Shown: positions 1 to 17,811 of the stretch, piece after piece
Numbering within the stretch: the stretch's first letter is position 1
Layout of the letters: each line of letters begins with the position of its first letter
DNA from: the human T2T-CHM13v2.0 reference genome, Homo sapiens
NCBI RefSeq assembly: GCF_009914755.1
Contig: NC_060928.1
DNA: 64,000 bases
Strand: one strand, 5' to 3'
The notes under the pieces: generated by a model
What the model was told of the DNA's origin: nothing
The model's database searches: none
Seen by the model: the letters and a program-made list of their open reading frames with translations, nothing else
Program-made: the position numbers and the translations under genes

Positions 1-106
1 TGATCTCTCATTGCTCCTGCAGCTTTCTGCCTCTGGCTCCTGGCTCCAGCCAAGCCACCATTTCCCAAAGGCACCATCTGCTTTGGGGCTCCCAGATTTT
101 GCATGA

Positions 107-465
107 TGTATTAGTCTGTTTTCACACTTCTATAAAGAAATACCTGAGACTGGGTAATTTATAAAGGAAAGAGGTTTAATTGACTCAGTTCCACATGGCT
201 GGGGAAGCCTCAGGAAACTTATAATCAGGCGGAAGGCGAAGGGGAAGCAAGCTTGGACCTTCTCACATGGCAGCAGGAGAGAGCAGAGTGAGGAGTGAAG
301 GGAGAGGAGCCCCTTATAAAACCATCCTATCTCATGAGAACTCACTCACTAGAACAGCATGGGGGAAACTGCCCCCAAGATCCAGGTCTCTCCCTAGACA
401 CGTGGGGATTATGGGGATTACAATTCAAGATGAGATCTGTGTAGGGTCACAGACAAACCATGCCA
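107..465 (-). mobile_element. MaLR solo LTR (MSTA/THE1 type)
   Basis: tgtattagtctgttttcacac...cctgagactgggtaatttataaaggaaagagg...aaaccatgcca; flanks catga/catgt (5-bp TSD with one mismatch). Confidence 0.9.
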
Positions 466-1154
466 CATGTGCTACTCCTTCCTCATGGAAAAGCTCTTCT
501 CCTGCCCCCTTCTTGATGTATTCATCTCTCAATGTTCACATATTTCCTCTTCTGCTTGATGCTCGGGTATTATTCTAGAGATAGTGGGAGCCACAGCAGG
601 CTTTGAGCAGAAAAAACTTTTACCTAATAAATTGGACTTCTGTGTGGAAAGATGTCTATGCAGAATTAGGGTTCCTGAAAGAGACATGGGGCTTTTAAGT
701 CATGGATATCAAACTGAATGGAGAGGCCCTTTACGGGAGGAGGAATTGTAGCCTATGTTGAGGTGAGGGCCAGTATAGGGCAAGGAAGCAAAGACAGAAA
801 AGGCCCGGAGATGCCTGAAAGATGACGGAAGACCAGGAGATTCAGAGTGACAGAAGCCAAGAGGTGGAGACTGAGGGTTTCCAAAAGCGGGTCAACAGCA
901 TTGAATGGTCCAAGAGCTGAGAACAGGACAATGATTAGAAATAATTTGTACACTCCAGAGAATAATTCAGAATGATACTAAGATCTGGTTGTAAAAGATT
1001 GAGAAATGGAGCAGTCCTCCTGAACGTGAACACATCTACCAGGCTTAGTTTTGTGGTTACATTGTGTTATTTATATAATGAAAAACACTGAAAAATCTGT
1101 AAGTGTAATTGTGTGTATTGTATAGATGGTTATAAGTGATCTATGAAGAATAGA

Positions 1155-1660
<506 letters not shown>

Positions 1661-1747
1661 ACATGATAGTGATGTTATGATGATACTGGTAGCTAAGGTG
1701 CATTGAGATTTGCCAAGCACTTTACACACATTGTTTCATTTAGAGAC

Positions 1748-2052
<305 letters not shown>

Positions 2053-2089
2053 TCATTTGCAGGGTCTTTACATAAACATCTTTGGGTTC

Positions 2090-2393
2090 TTTTTTTTTTT
2101 TTTTTTTTTTGAGATGGAGTCATGCTCTGTCGCCCAGGTTGGAGTGCAGTGGCTCAATCTCGGCTCACTGCAAGCTCCGCCTCCTGGGTTCACGCCGTTC
2201 TCCTGCCTCAGCCTCCTGAGTGGCTGGGACTACAGGCGCCCGCCACCACGCCCGGCTAACTTTTTGTATTTTTAGTAGAGATGAGGTTTCACCGTGTTAG
2301 CCAGGATGGTCTCGATCTCCTGACCTCGAGATTCGCCCGCCTCGGGCTCCCAAAGTGCTGGGATTACAGGCGTGAGCCACTGCGTGCCCCGCC
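2090..2393 (-). mobile_element. AluY
   Basis: Diagnostic gcaagctccgcctcc, ggttcacgcc, gttagccaggatggtctcgatc; TSD-like cataaac..ttgggttct on both sides. Confidence 0.93.
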
Positions 2394-3424
2394 ATAAACG
2401 TTGGGTTCTTTACATAAATATTGTTGGAAAAATTTTAGTCTCATTTAACAGGTAAAGGAATAAAGGTCGAAAGGCTTAAGTGAATCCCCTAAAGCATCAC
2501 GGTTACTAAATGGAATACCGAAAAGCCAAACCAAATTCTCACCCTTTACATACACAAGCCTCTGACTATATAAAATAGGATGGCGGAATTTTCTGGAACT
2601 TGTTCTACCTAAAATGTTTAGTCATAATTGAAGCCTTAATGTTCAAGCACAGAGCACTGCCAAAGATCAGAAGGAGAGAAGAGGCCAAAACTCATGGCCA
2701 AGTTTTGGGTTTGTCCTCTTAAACTCTGAAACGATTTGTCAAAATAAATCTGAGTAATGCTGAAATTTAAAATAAATTATCTTTCATAAATGAGAAACAC
2801 ATTTTGACAGAACTGAGACAAACAGAAAAGGAAAATATGAAAAGGAAAATGTGAAGTCATTTAACTGAGATTTTATTTTCTTAATGTTTCTTGGGAAGAG
2901 GCAGAAGCAGGCACACAGAAAGAGAGGAAGGGAACATTTGCTGAGCACCCAAATGCTGCTGGAAGAGCATCAGGTGACATGCATATTGCTTTTCCAGCAC
3001 AATCCACACATGGGCTTCTGGAAGGAGGTCTACTAAGAGTAGTTCTTCCGACGGAAAACAGGCTCTGTGAGTGCAATGGTGTACTGGGCACTGATTAGCC
3101 AAGATGGACAGCCAGGGTTGGAATCTACCATCACCAGGTTTGCCACTCTACCAAGGCATGGCCAGATTCCCTGGAAAGAGGATAGGAAGGTCCTCAAGGA
3201 GCTGCATCAGCCAACCACCCACGGCTCTCCACCCGGGCTGTGAAAAGAACTGTGAGGGCTACTAGAGTCAGCTGGAATTTTGTGAAAAGAGCACTGATCT
3301 TGAATACATGTTCTGTCAGTTTCTCTGCTTTATGACCAACACATTGGCTTAGCCTCAGTTTCCTCATCTGGGAAATGGGATGTTCCATTTATTCTGTGTA
3401 TGTTCAAGATACTTTGATAGCAAT

Positions 3425-3862
3425 GGTATCATTTCCTACCACTGCTATAACAAATTACCATGAAATTAGTGATGTAAAACAGAAGCGTATTCTCTTATAG
3501 TTCTGGAGGTCAAAAGTCTAACATGAATCTTGCTGGGCTAAAATCAATAGGAGAGACTTTGTTTCCATGACTTTTCCAGTTTCTGGAGGCCAACAAGATC
3601 CCTGGCTTGTGGTTCTCCCATTCATCTGACCTCACTTTCATTATCACGTCCCTCCTCTGACTCTGACACTCCTGGTTCCCTCTTACAAGGACCTTTGTGA
3701 TTATACTGAGCCCCCCCAGATAATGATGCATGATAACTTCCCCATCTCAACATCCTTACCTTCACATCTGCAAAGTCCCCTTTTCTATGAAGGTGACATA
3801 TTCATAGGTTCTGGGGATTAGAATGTGAACATCTTTGGGGGGGCATGATTCTGTTTATCATA
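3425..3862 (-). mobile_element. MaLR LTR (MLT1C/D-like)
   Basis: ataacaaattacc...atagttctggaggtc...cacatctgcaaagtccc...ggggattagaatgtgaacatctttgggg. Confidence 0.8.
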
Positions 3863-4133
3863 GCAACTTATACATATAATTTATTTAATTTTACAACATC
3901 AATTCTGAGAGCTAAGTTTTATTAAAATTTATTGTAGATCTATCATTTATTCACTAACTAATTCATTCATTTTTAGGTTACCTCCTTCAACAGTGACCAT
4001 TGTACTGGTTAGCTGGGGATAGGTTTTGATGTTGCATCAGTCTTGAGACACTTTCTATAACTTCTAAGCAATCTCGTATAGTTCTCTGCACATAGTCATC
4101 ATTCGATAATCATTTGCTCTTTGGGATGTTGGT

Positions 4134-4482
4134 TGTGGTAGTCATTTGACCTGATGACAAGTATTCCAGTTCTTTTCTCCTTTTGGCCACATGTAGGTTT
4201 GTACTTCCTCACCTTCTTCGAAGTTAAGTTTGGTCATGTGACTTCCTTTGGTTAAAGATGTGAAAGCAGAAGTAAAATATGTTACTTCTGAGAGGATGTA
4301 TTAAGAGTCAGAGTGTGAAGGTAGAAGCACACCAGTGAGATGCAGCCCCTGGCAGCCTGGGTTTATCCACCCAAACCCGTCCTGAACATGGTATGCAAGC
4401 AAAAAATAAAGTTTCATTATGTTAAGCAACTGAGATCTTGGGGTTGTTGCTGCAGCATAACCTACCATATCCTGACTATTGC
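4134..4482 (+). mobile_element. Old MaLR LTR (MLT1I/J-like)
   Basis: ggtcatgtgacttcctttgg...aaataaagtttc...gttaagcaactgagatcttggggttgttgctgcagcataaccta..cctgacta. Confidence 0.7.
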
Positions 4483-4741
4483 AGCCTTCACAATCTCTGC
4501 TCCTTTCTCGAAGAAGTGAGACATAAAGACCCAACAGTACTTTGGGCAAACCTTGATTAAGGAGATAAACCTTGAGGAAAGCAGAAGGAAGCCCCTTCTA
4601 TTGTGACCTCTATAGTCCAGTTTCCAGATTTCATCTTCAAAATAGTTCCTTGGGTTGATTTTACTGTTTCATTTTACAAATAAATAAATCTACATGGGAA
4701 GTTATTTAGAAACCTGAGAAAGCCACACAGCTGATAATTAG

Positions 4742-5075
<334 letters not shown>

Positions 5076-5078
5076 TGA

Positions 5079-5382
<304 letters not shown>

Positions 5383-5391
5383 CTCTCCATG

Positions 5392-5753
<362 letters not shown>

Positions 5754-5930
5754 TGAAACTCTCCATGTTAAATGCCCTTTTCGACTACAGCCTCCCAGCA
5801 CTGAGAAATGCAGGGTGATGCAGGAAATAATACATGAAAGCAAGCTGCTTGTTACGTCTTGTGACACATAAGCAGAGAACCTTAAGATGCCTATAGAAAC
5901 AATAATGATGGGCCACGTAGAAGGCATTAC

Positions 5931-6008
5931 CTTGTTCTCCTTCATGAATGCCTCTTCCACTGCCTGGCGGCTGTATTCTCCAATGTACCATTCATTGTGC
6001 TGGACATC
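5931..6008 (-). CDS. CLNK: CLNK coding exon (78 nt), start of SH2 domain: [26 protein letters not shown]
   Basis: gttctgcag|GATGTCC...AACAAG|gtaatg; WYxG..SR..AE-type SH2 N-terminal motif; phase 0 to 0; remaining SH2 exons were not found and should lie before position 1. Confidence 0.96.
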
Positions 6009-6797
6009 CTGCAGAACAGAATCAATGATAAATATTTTAGGGTCAACGGGAAGTATGAATTATTGATTAATTAATTCAAAATTTACTTTTGCTCCACCAG
6101 TGCCTAATCATAGTGTAATCTGTAGTAGATATTCAGTACCTAACATTTAGTCCCTGAACTTGGAGAAGCCCACAGATGCTTGGGGCAGAGAGACAGAAAA
6201 AGTTACTGCAGCTGGGGAATTCTGAAGTCTATGGGAATCTGTTGAGAAAGGTCCTTCAGCACCACCTTCAGAATGGATAATAAGCCTGCTATCTATCAGT
6301 GCTTTCTGAATCTTCAGCTGCTGAGGCTTGTTGAGGTGGAAATGTATACTGTTTGTGAAGCCTACACTGCCCTAGTCACATGCAAACAGCAGGGAGGGAG
6401 AAAGAGGTGCGGAAGGAGCCCATCTCTGCCACTTCCCCAGAGGCACAGATGCCGCTGAGCTATGATTCGGATCCTAGTTTATCTAGCTTTCTCCCTGGGC
6501 CACACTGCTTTATTTATATCAATGTTAAATGATTCTAAATTCTTTTGATGATAAAATCCAGACTAACTGGGAGAAGGAAGGGCAGTCAGGGAGATGCATC
6601 ATGGACTTGCAATTCCTTCACAGGGTTCCGAGAATCATAATATTAAATAACCCCCCTTGTGAGTCCAGCATCTATAAGGTCCTTCCTCATTTAGTAGCAT
6701 GTCAATCCATCCCTACAGCACATCTTTGAAGTAGGCATGTCATGTAGTATAGACCCTAGTGAAGATGGACAGTGAAGTTTCAGAAAGTCAAAATCTG

Positions 6798-7104
<307 letters not shown>

Positions 7105-7500
7105 CTAAACCTGTCACATGGTTGGCAAGAGTTAGGTACGTGACATCAGGTCTTTGGTCTCTCATTCATTTGGAGTCTGTGGTCCACTGGAAAGTAAACC
7201 TGATATATTAAATACTGATATTCTGATTCTTTTCACATGATGTGATGGACACCACATGATCTGATGTGAACACCATCTGGAATGGTATGAGCTAGCTCTA
7301 ACTCAACCCTGCAGCCTCACTTCCTGACACCCCATTTCAGCCATGGGCCTGGCCAGACAAAAGTGCTTGTACTCTGGACACACACAGCTTTAGGGATAGA
7401 CCAGAACTGGCCCTACTGCCTGGAATCCCTCCTGGTCCTCACCTCTGCCTACCCAGCTCAGGCATTCTTTTGCATCAAGATTGGGACCAAAAGTCACCTC

Positions 7501-7798
<298 letters not shown>

Positions 7799-8442
7799 AA
7801 AAAGTCACCTCTTATTTGACCTAGTCCCTACTCCCAGGGGAGAGGTAGTGCTGAAAAGGTCCATGGCAGAACCGGCTCTGCCTCACTCCAGCAAAGCCAC
7901 GTGACAGGCTCTAGAGACAAAGGAAGCCTTGGAGCCCCATCTCCTGACTGAAGCATGAGCTGTCTGAGCTTGAGGTGGTCTACTGCTTCCAGGGGACCTC
8001 TTGGCCAGTCCAGGGACTTGGAAGAACTCAGTCATGGTGCATTTCATCAAGTCGGTTTTTATTTATTTGTCCAAGTTGGAAGACATTTAGAGATTAGTCC
8101 TGTGTTTCTCCAGGTGTGATCATGAGGGATGGCTGGTGAGTGTGGCTGGTGAGTGTAGCTGGTGCTCAGAAACTGAACTACGTATCTCAGAATCACTTGC
8201 GGGGGGAGGGGGGAAGTCCCCTTCTAATTCTCTTTCTAGCCCCCCTGAATAATTCAAAAGGAATGTTTCATTTTGGCCAAATATGTCGTTAATATCTCTC
8301 TGCCATTTCTAATCTCTTCTTTAACAGAAGAAGAGCAGTCCTTATGCTGACAGCCATTAGCAGGTGATGGGATCCTGCTACAATTTAATAGCGTGTTTTG
8401 TTTGCGTTGCAATGACTTTTTAAAAAAATTAGGGAAAAATAT

Positions 8443-9335
8443 TGTAAATCAAAAATAAAATTCTAAGGTCCCCCAACCATCTGAATGGACTTCCTCCTCT
8501 GCCAGGGCACTGTTAACATTTAACCTGAAAGACTAGTTTGGGTCATGATGGGAAGTAGGGGTCAGACACGCCTCATAGCTCTTCGGCACTAACATCTATC
8601 CAGACCTTAAGTCTGAGAAGAAGCATTTACAATCTATTCTCTCTGAAGCCTGCTACCTGAAGGCTTCATCTGTACAATGAGAACTTTGGTCTCCACAAGG
8701 CCTTATCTTCACCGATAATAAGCCCTCTATCTATCAGTGATATTCCCTTTCTATTGATCCCAGGTCTTTAGATAAACTCAACCTATTGCTAAAATTTACC
8801 TATAACCTGGAAGGCCCCACTTCAAGCTGTCCCACCTTTCTGGACTGAAACAATGTATTTGTTAAATGTAATCCCAACACTTTGGGAGGCCAAGGCAGGT
8901 GGATCACCTGAGGTCAGGAGTTCAAGATCAGCCTGGCCAACGTGGTGAAACCCCGTCTGTACTGAAAATACAAAATTAGCCGTGAGTGGTGGCAACATGC
9001 CTGTAATCCCAGATACTTGGGAGGCTGAGGCAGGAGAATCACTTGAAGCCGGGAGGTGGGGCGGGGGTTGCAGTGAACTGAGATTGCCCCATGGCACTCC
9101 AGCCTGGGCAAAAAGAGCGGAAACTCTGTCTCAAAAAAAATTTAAAAAAAAAAAAGCATATTTGATTGAAGTCTCCTATCTCCCTAAAAAGTATAAAACC
9201 AAGCTGCACCCTGACCCCCTTGGGCACATGTTCTCAGGATCTCTGGAGAGCTGTGTCACGGGCCATGGTCACTCATATTTGGCTCAGAATAAATCTCTTC
9301 AAATATTTTCCAGAATTTGACTCTTTTCGGCAATA
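8443..9335 (+). mobile_element. ERV1 solo LTR, MER4 family, interrupted by an Alu
   Basis: tgtaaatcaaaaataaaattctaagg...ggctcagaataaatctcttcaaatatttt; 4-bp TSD atat (8439-8442 and 9336-9339). Confidence 0.85.
8867..9155 (+). mobile_element. 5'-truncated AluS inside the MER4 LTR
   Basis: Starts at tgtaatcccaacac (first ~25 nt missing); poly(A). Confidence 0.92.
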
Positions 9336-9860
9336 ATATAATAAGATTTACCATTTTAACCATTTTTAGGTGTATAATTCAGTGGCATTAAGTACATTCA
9401 CATTGCTTTACAGCCATTTCTGCTATCCATCTCCAAGTTTCTAATGACTCCAAACTGAAACTCTGTATCCATTAAAGAATAACTCTCCATTACCTCCACC
9501 TCCTTCCTCAGGGCCCAGTTACCACCATCCTACCTTCCGTCTCTATGAATTTGCCTATTCTAGGTACCTTGTATTCCTGGAATCATATATTTGTCCTCCA
9601 TGTCTGACTTATTTCACTCAGCATAATGTTTTCAAGGTTCTTGTATATTGTATCACGTTAGAATTTTATTCCTTTTTAGAGCTGTAAACTGTTTCATTGT
9701 GTGTGTGTGTATACCATTCTGTTTATCCATTCATCTGTCAATGGACATATAGGTTATTTCCGTCTTTTGTCTATTGTAAATAATGTTATGAACATGGGTG
9801 TACAAATATCTGAGTCTCTGCTTTCAATTCTTTTGGGCATAGACTAAGGAATGGAATACT
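9336..9860 (-). mobile_element. L1MB-type 3' end (its extreme end lies at ~8417-8442, split off by the MER4 LTR)
   Basis: tttaccattttaaccattttt..gtataattcagtggcattaagtacattcacattg...tctatgaatttg..tattctaggtacct. Confidence 0.8.
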
Positions 9861-10206
9861 TCTAAAGTCACTTTCTACAATATATAATACTAGTTAAAAA
9901 AATTAACCAGAGTAGTGATATAAAGTGAAAACAGGTCACCTTAAAGAATATTATTAACTAAATGTTATTATTGACAGGACATAGATATGCCACAAATCAT
10001 AAAGGTATACTCAAATAGCTGAAATCAGGGAAATCCTGATGTGGTCCAAGCCTGTCTCATGCCTATGAGGAATCTGGGATCTGGGAGGGAGCGTAATCTT
10101 GTGTGGACCTCTAGTTAGAACCAAGTGATCCCCATGTTTACGAAGAAGATGAAAGAGCAAAAGGAAGCCGAGTGCATGACAAGGGACAATAAAAGAAGGA
10201 TATGCA

Positions 10207-10534
<328 letters not shown>

Positions 10535-11435
10535 TAAGATTATGAGACCCTTTTAGAATTAGGTAGAAATTAATATGAATATAAGGTTAACAAAAGAGCT
10601 TTAGGATACTGTAGGAATTCACCAGAGATATTCTATACATTTGCTTCTGCTTAGAAATCTTCACGAACTCTGTAGCAGGACAGTGAGTAATAGCAGGATA
10701 TGGGATGGAGACCTGGAAGAGGCACATCCTCTGGGGCTTTACAGTGAAAGACTTTAGTAAGTAACATCCAATGTGATGGAGAGAAAGCATACAAGATACA
10801 GTGAAACTTTATCCCCCCCACCATAGGGTAATGTAAGTAAAAAATGGTCCAAAAATAACCAATTGTAGTGAATGAGCATATTTTAGAAAGAGACCACAAA
10901 ATAGATGACAGACACACAAGAACACAGTTAGTATCCATTTGCATCTCCCCACTCTTTACATCTCCATTAGGGTGGGGATCATAACCTCTAGCACATTGTC
11001 TGGCACATAATAACTGCTCAACTAATGGTTGCTGGACTGTTCAACTGAAATGAGTGTGTAATACATGGATCTTTTGCTGGAAAAAAATTGCAACCTGTAT
11101 ATCCTAGTTAACCCCCCACAAGATTATTGGACAGCTGGTAAATATAAAACACGTGTCTAAATATCTGTATTTTTTGGATTAATTTTTAAAAAACACTTTA
11201 GAATCTGGAAACATGCCAGTCAAAGAATCTGGTGAGAGACCAATGTAATATGTTATATAGCAACATATTTAAAAATATTAAAATACTTTAAAAATATTAA
11301 AACCCAGTAACATATAGCCAGAAGGGAAAAAGTTAAAGTCAAACATAAATAATCTCCTTTTGGGCATTGTTCAGGAAAGCTCTATTTAGATGCCAAGTAC
11401 ATCTAGAAGGACTTGGCAGAGAAGTGTCTGCTTAC

Positions 11436-11569
11436 CTTTCTATCAGACCTTTTGGGGAAAGGTGGTCTCCAGCTTGTGTATTTATAGGGCAGTATATTTT
11501 CGTGAGGGCTGCAGCTGGCTGGAGGCTGGCATCTCTGAGGAGAACAGGGCTGCATGCCTCCTCTATGAT
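11436..11569 (-). CDS. CLNK: CLNK coding exon (134 nt): (D)HRGGMQPCSPQRCQPPASCSPHENILPYKYTSWRPPFPKRSDRK
   Basis: acctttccag|ATCATAG...AGAAAG|gtaagc; contained in ORF 11403..11588; phase 1 to 0. Confidence 0.96.
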
Positions 11570-11791
11570 CTGGAAAGGTTAAATTCACATTTCAGTGTGA
11601 TTTTGTGACTGGTGCAGTCTGTCCCCCACCTCCAGAAAGGAGCTGAAACCCTTTGCTCCTTCCTATATCTGTGAGGACCTTCTTGGTCAACACCATATCA
11701 GCTCACTCAGTGACCTTAATTCTCTCTGTTTTGTTCTCTACCTGTAGCTTTGCCCTTCCTCCTCTCTTTCCTTAGGGCTCCCAGAGTCATC

Positions 11792-13302
<1,511 letters not shown>

Positions 13303-13409
13303 TCATATTTCTCCATCCTCATCCTGATTTCTCTCCCAATTGTCTACTCTCTTCTGTGTGTAATGAACTCTGTTCCTTTTCTTAAACATGACAAGTTCAT
13401 TCTCTACTT

Positions 13410-14010
13410 TGGAAACACCATTTTTTTTTTTTCAACTTGAAAGAATAACTTCAAAAAATGAAACATCATCTTTTTTAACCCAAAGAATGACTGACAAACT
13501 ACTGTTATTCCGACTTGGATATTTGACAGATATGTTACTAAAAATGAACAAAGTGAGCCTGACACCTCATGGAAAACAAGCGGCAGTATCTGTTACTGAT
13601 CACAAAATCAGACTTTGCAAGTGCAAACTGGAATTTGAGGAATCTTGTATCTGCCACTGTAACATAACAGAAACCCAACATTTACACTTTTCTACTGTGG
13701 TGGGTGGTGCAAATGTGATTTTAAAAAGATATTACATAATAGCATATATCAACAGTGGCAGACCTGTTTATGTCTATTATCTATTATTTTCCAAGTGATC
13801 AATGCATGATGCTGCACAGTCCTGCCTGGATAAAAGGTAAATTCAAGTACAAGACAGACCAAGGGATTTTACAGTAGCAGAATATAAAAAGTTCATTGAT
13901 AGGGCTTTGATTTCACATGACACCTAAGCTTTAAGATGCTACCACTTGTCAAATGTTAATGTGGTATTTTCTCTATATACCTCAATCAAAATAACATATT
14001 ATCATTGCAT
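13410..14010 (+). mobile_element. hAT-Charlie (Charlie1-like) transposase fossil
   Basis: ORF 13388..13798 contains LFRLGYLTDMLLKMNKVSL..HGKQ...KIR....KLEF, resembling the Charlie/Buster transposase motif LGYLADIF..MN..SL.LQG; boundaries approximate. Confidence 0.75.
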
Positions 14011-14424
14011 GTCTTTCCAGTCAATAATAATAAAAATTTTTTTTTTTGAAATTTAGAACACAAACATGGAGTGAAGTATAAGGAGGAATACCAAGCAAAA
14101 CATCTGTGAATGTTTTGGTAATTTTAAGCAAGGAGTAACTATTTTAAAAACATAAAATCTTTAGGATATATAAACATTATGTAAGTAAAATACTAGGCAA
14201 AAATAACATGAAATGGAAAAGAGGTAATCAGTGTGAATACAGAATTATAAGCTTTTTAGTTGTAATTAATTCTAAAAAACATAACCAAAGTTACAGTTAT
14301 GGTTAGTAACTTAACAAGAACTTTGAAAGGATGGGTTGCTTTTGATCCACTAAATTTTTGAGATGAAATATTAATTAAACATTAGCAAATACATGCCATT
14401 TTCCATAACATTTAGATTATATAG

Positions 14425-14828
<404 letters not shown>

Positions 14829-15159
14829 TAGCTTTTAATGTTGAGCCTAAGGATGTTTGTTGTGAGGGCTTATTTGTATCAAAATATTTGTTGCAGAAAA
14901 CTGTTTGATCACTTACAGTTTAAATTACCTTAATTGTGGTTAGTTATTTTCAGCCATCAATTTATATCTTCAAAAATAGGAATAAAACTAGAGCCATTCC
15001 TAGTTTTAAAATGTTATTTTATAAATAAAAGTTTAACTTTCAAACACAATGAAGAATCTGCACCTTCAGAAATAAAGCATTCTAAGTTTTTTGTATTGTT
15101 TGAAAAGAAAATATGAATTTCAGATAGTTAAAATTTTAGCATGCCATTATTAAAAATAT

Positions 15160-15535
15160 TTAGGATAATCAAAAGAAGACTGATACTGGAATGTACAACT
15201 TCCAAGAAAAAGAAAGAAAGGAAAATAAAGGAGAGATGAATCCAGTATACAGCAGGACAAAAAAAAAGTCAATACAAAGTAGGACAAATAGGAGGCACAA
15301 CATAATATAAAAACAGACCCCAAAATATCAGTAATCAAGATAAATATCAAAGGTGCAAACTTACCTTTTAAAATCAGTTACAGATTGATTTAAAAATTCC
15401 AGTTATGTACTGATTGCACTTCTAACATATAATGACAGAGAGAGTAAAAGGATGGAGACCTGTATACCAGGCAGATCCTAACCAAGCGAAAGCAAACAGA
15501 GCTGTACTAATACACAATAAAATTGACTTGAGACT
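15160..15535 (+). mobile_element. Old L1M fragment (start of ORF2/endonuclease region)
   Basis: A-rich; aaatatcagtaatcaagataaatatcaaagg...aaaaggatggag...tataccaggca...gctgtactaata; boundaries approximate. Confidence 0.55.
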
Positions 15536-17792
15536 TATTTAAATGGCCATAATTAACTTTCAACGTCGATTGAAGAAGTAGGAACATACTCAAGAAGGGA
15601 AAATAACCATTTTCGGTATTTCCTATCACTTAGATGGTGTTGCATACATAATAATGTTCAGTGATTATGAATTTTTCATGATATTGTGGCAACTGATTTA
15701 TTCTTTTTTAACCTTCAGTGCCTTGCTTGGATATTTTAAAAGTCCTCCTTGAAAAAGAGCATTTGGAAACAGTTATGCATTTGTAGTTTGTTCAGAGAAT
15801 GACTTAAAACAAAACAGAGCAAAGAAACAAGAAGAACAAGTTTGCCAAGTAAATTTTCCCTGAAAGCCTGGTTGTATCTTTGTTGAATGAATGAATGAAA
15901 GAAATTCTGACTATGTAACTCACTATAAGTATTTAGTTGATTTTGTTTTAAAATAATCAAAGCAGTTAATCTTTGGAATTTTTTTTTTTTCTGAAAGAAA
16001 ACATTACATTCAAGTTTTATAACCCCATGAAATAGGACTCTCCTAACATGGAGAATGGAGGGTCAAGGAAATGAAGCCACAAGACAAGGAGAGGAACATT
16101 GGGACTAGCATAGTGGAGGTGCACAATAAATTTGAGGGAGAGTAGCCTAATAGAAAAGGCATGGGTTGAAAAACCAAACTGATATCAATAATTACTAATA
16201 TTTAAAATTCTTATGCATTATAGATTAAGCTCTTAGCACAGTGTCTGATCATATAACCACTCCATCAAGACTAGCTGTTGAGTGTTGCTAATATTGCTAG
16301 AGAAACACAGTTCTAGACCTCCCTGTTGTAACTTAAAATAAAGCATTTTATTTTAAGCAGGTAGTCAATAAATATTTATTAGAAAAATTTAATTTACCCT
16401 TATACACAATTTAAAACATAATTTTATAGGAAAAAGAGCCATCTATTTTAAAGCAAAAAGAAAGCATTGGTGAACAAACACTAAAAATGAAAACAGATGA
16501 TCTACAATCCCAGACTTAGAGAATAACGTTGTTACTACTTTGGAATATAACCAAAACTGGGGCCTCTTCCAACATGTCAAAATATTTTTTTCTGTCCTGA
16601 GATCCACTTGCTTGGGATCCTAATAGTTTAACTTGAATGCATTTATCAAAGAATTGAGCCAAATCTGTTTATCAGGCAGTCACTGAACAAGAATAACTGA
16701 ACTTCCCCAAAATTATTTTCTCATTTGTCAAATAAGTATAATAACGTACAACTATGGAGGTGTAAATTTCACTCTGCTGCATGAATGCCCATACCTGATG
16801 CATTAGAGAGCTCATCAGACTTATAATTCTAGGAGTGTAGAGACTGCGTGTTGTTTTCTGCCTACTTAACATCACCAAGTACTGGTGATCCAGGCATGAA
16901 TTCATACCCAGTAGAATGAGTATCGGTTCAGTAGCTGATGGAGGATCATTGCAGGGGTGCTTAAGCACTGGTTAAGAGAAGGTGGGGTGGTCTTCACTCT
17001 GCATTCTTGGGGCCCAGCCCAATTTTTGGTACAAACCATGTTCTTGTGGGTGTTTGTTTACGAAAACAGGAACTAATGAAGCCTCAAACATTTCCCCATC
17101 CATCCCAGGCTTCTTTCAGCAACCTTGTTTCCTCTGAGATGAAGTGAGATGAGCTGAGAGGAACCTAAGCAACCCCAGTACAGATGATCTACTTACAGCC
17201 CTGGGGTGCTTGACTGGACTCATATCTGTGAAGGCCATTTCCATCACTCCATTCCATTCTTCAGTTGCTCTTTATTTTTTATTTGTGCATGATTTTATAT
17301 TTCAAGTTAAGATTCTGCATTTCTCTCTAAGCTATGATTCTGCTTCCCCATCCCTGCAACAAAACCTCCATAAGTAAGACCTCTTCTGGGCCCAGTCAGC
17401 CCCTGGACTTTCCTCCTGGATGCTCCAAGTCTTTCATCTTCATCCACCCAGATCTGACCTTTAGGACTCCCATTCCTGACATTTGATGACTAGGGATTGA
17501 TTTTGTTGGGTTTATTTTAGCCCTCTTTGGGCACCTTTTAAATAAAGGAATCTTCTGTTGGGAAACTCATTAGCAATGTGTATGTGAGGGGAAGCGAATT
17601 TATCAGCTTGGTTTTCCAGCCTCAGGCCCAGATGGCATATGGCAGAAGTGACTTGAAGTCATGATGGAAGCCAGCGAGACAACCCATAGGCCTACTGAGG
17701 CCATTTGGGTGGGAAGAAGAAAAGAGAATGCAGAAAAGCAAAAAAGGACATTAAAATGTATCAGTTGCCTACTACATGGCAGGCAGAGGGCT

Positions 17793-17811
17793 GTGTGTGT
17801 GTGTGTGTGTG
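17793..17811 (+). repeat. (TG)n microsatellite
   Basis: Read directly. Confidence 0.9.

Noticed and set aside
13388-13798. 136-aa ORF with hAT transposase similarity
   Set aside because: A short, degenerate piece of a Charlie fossil with no complete catalytic domain; no sign of domestication.
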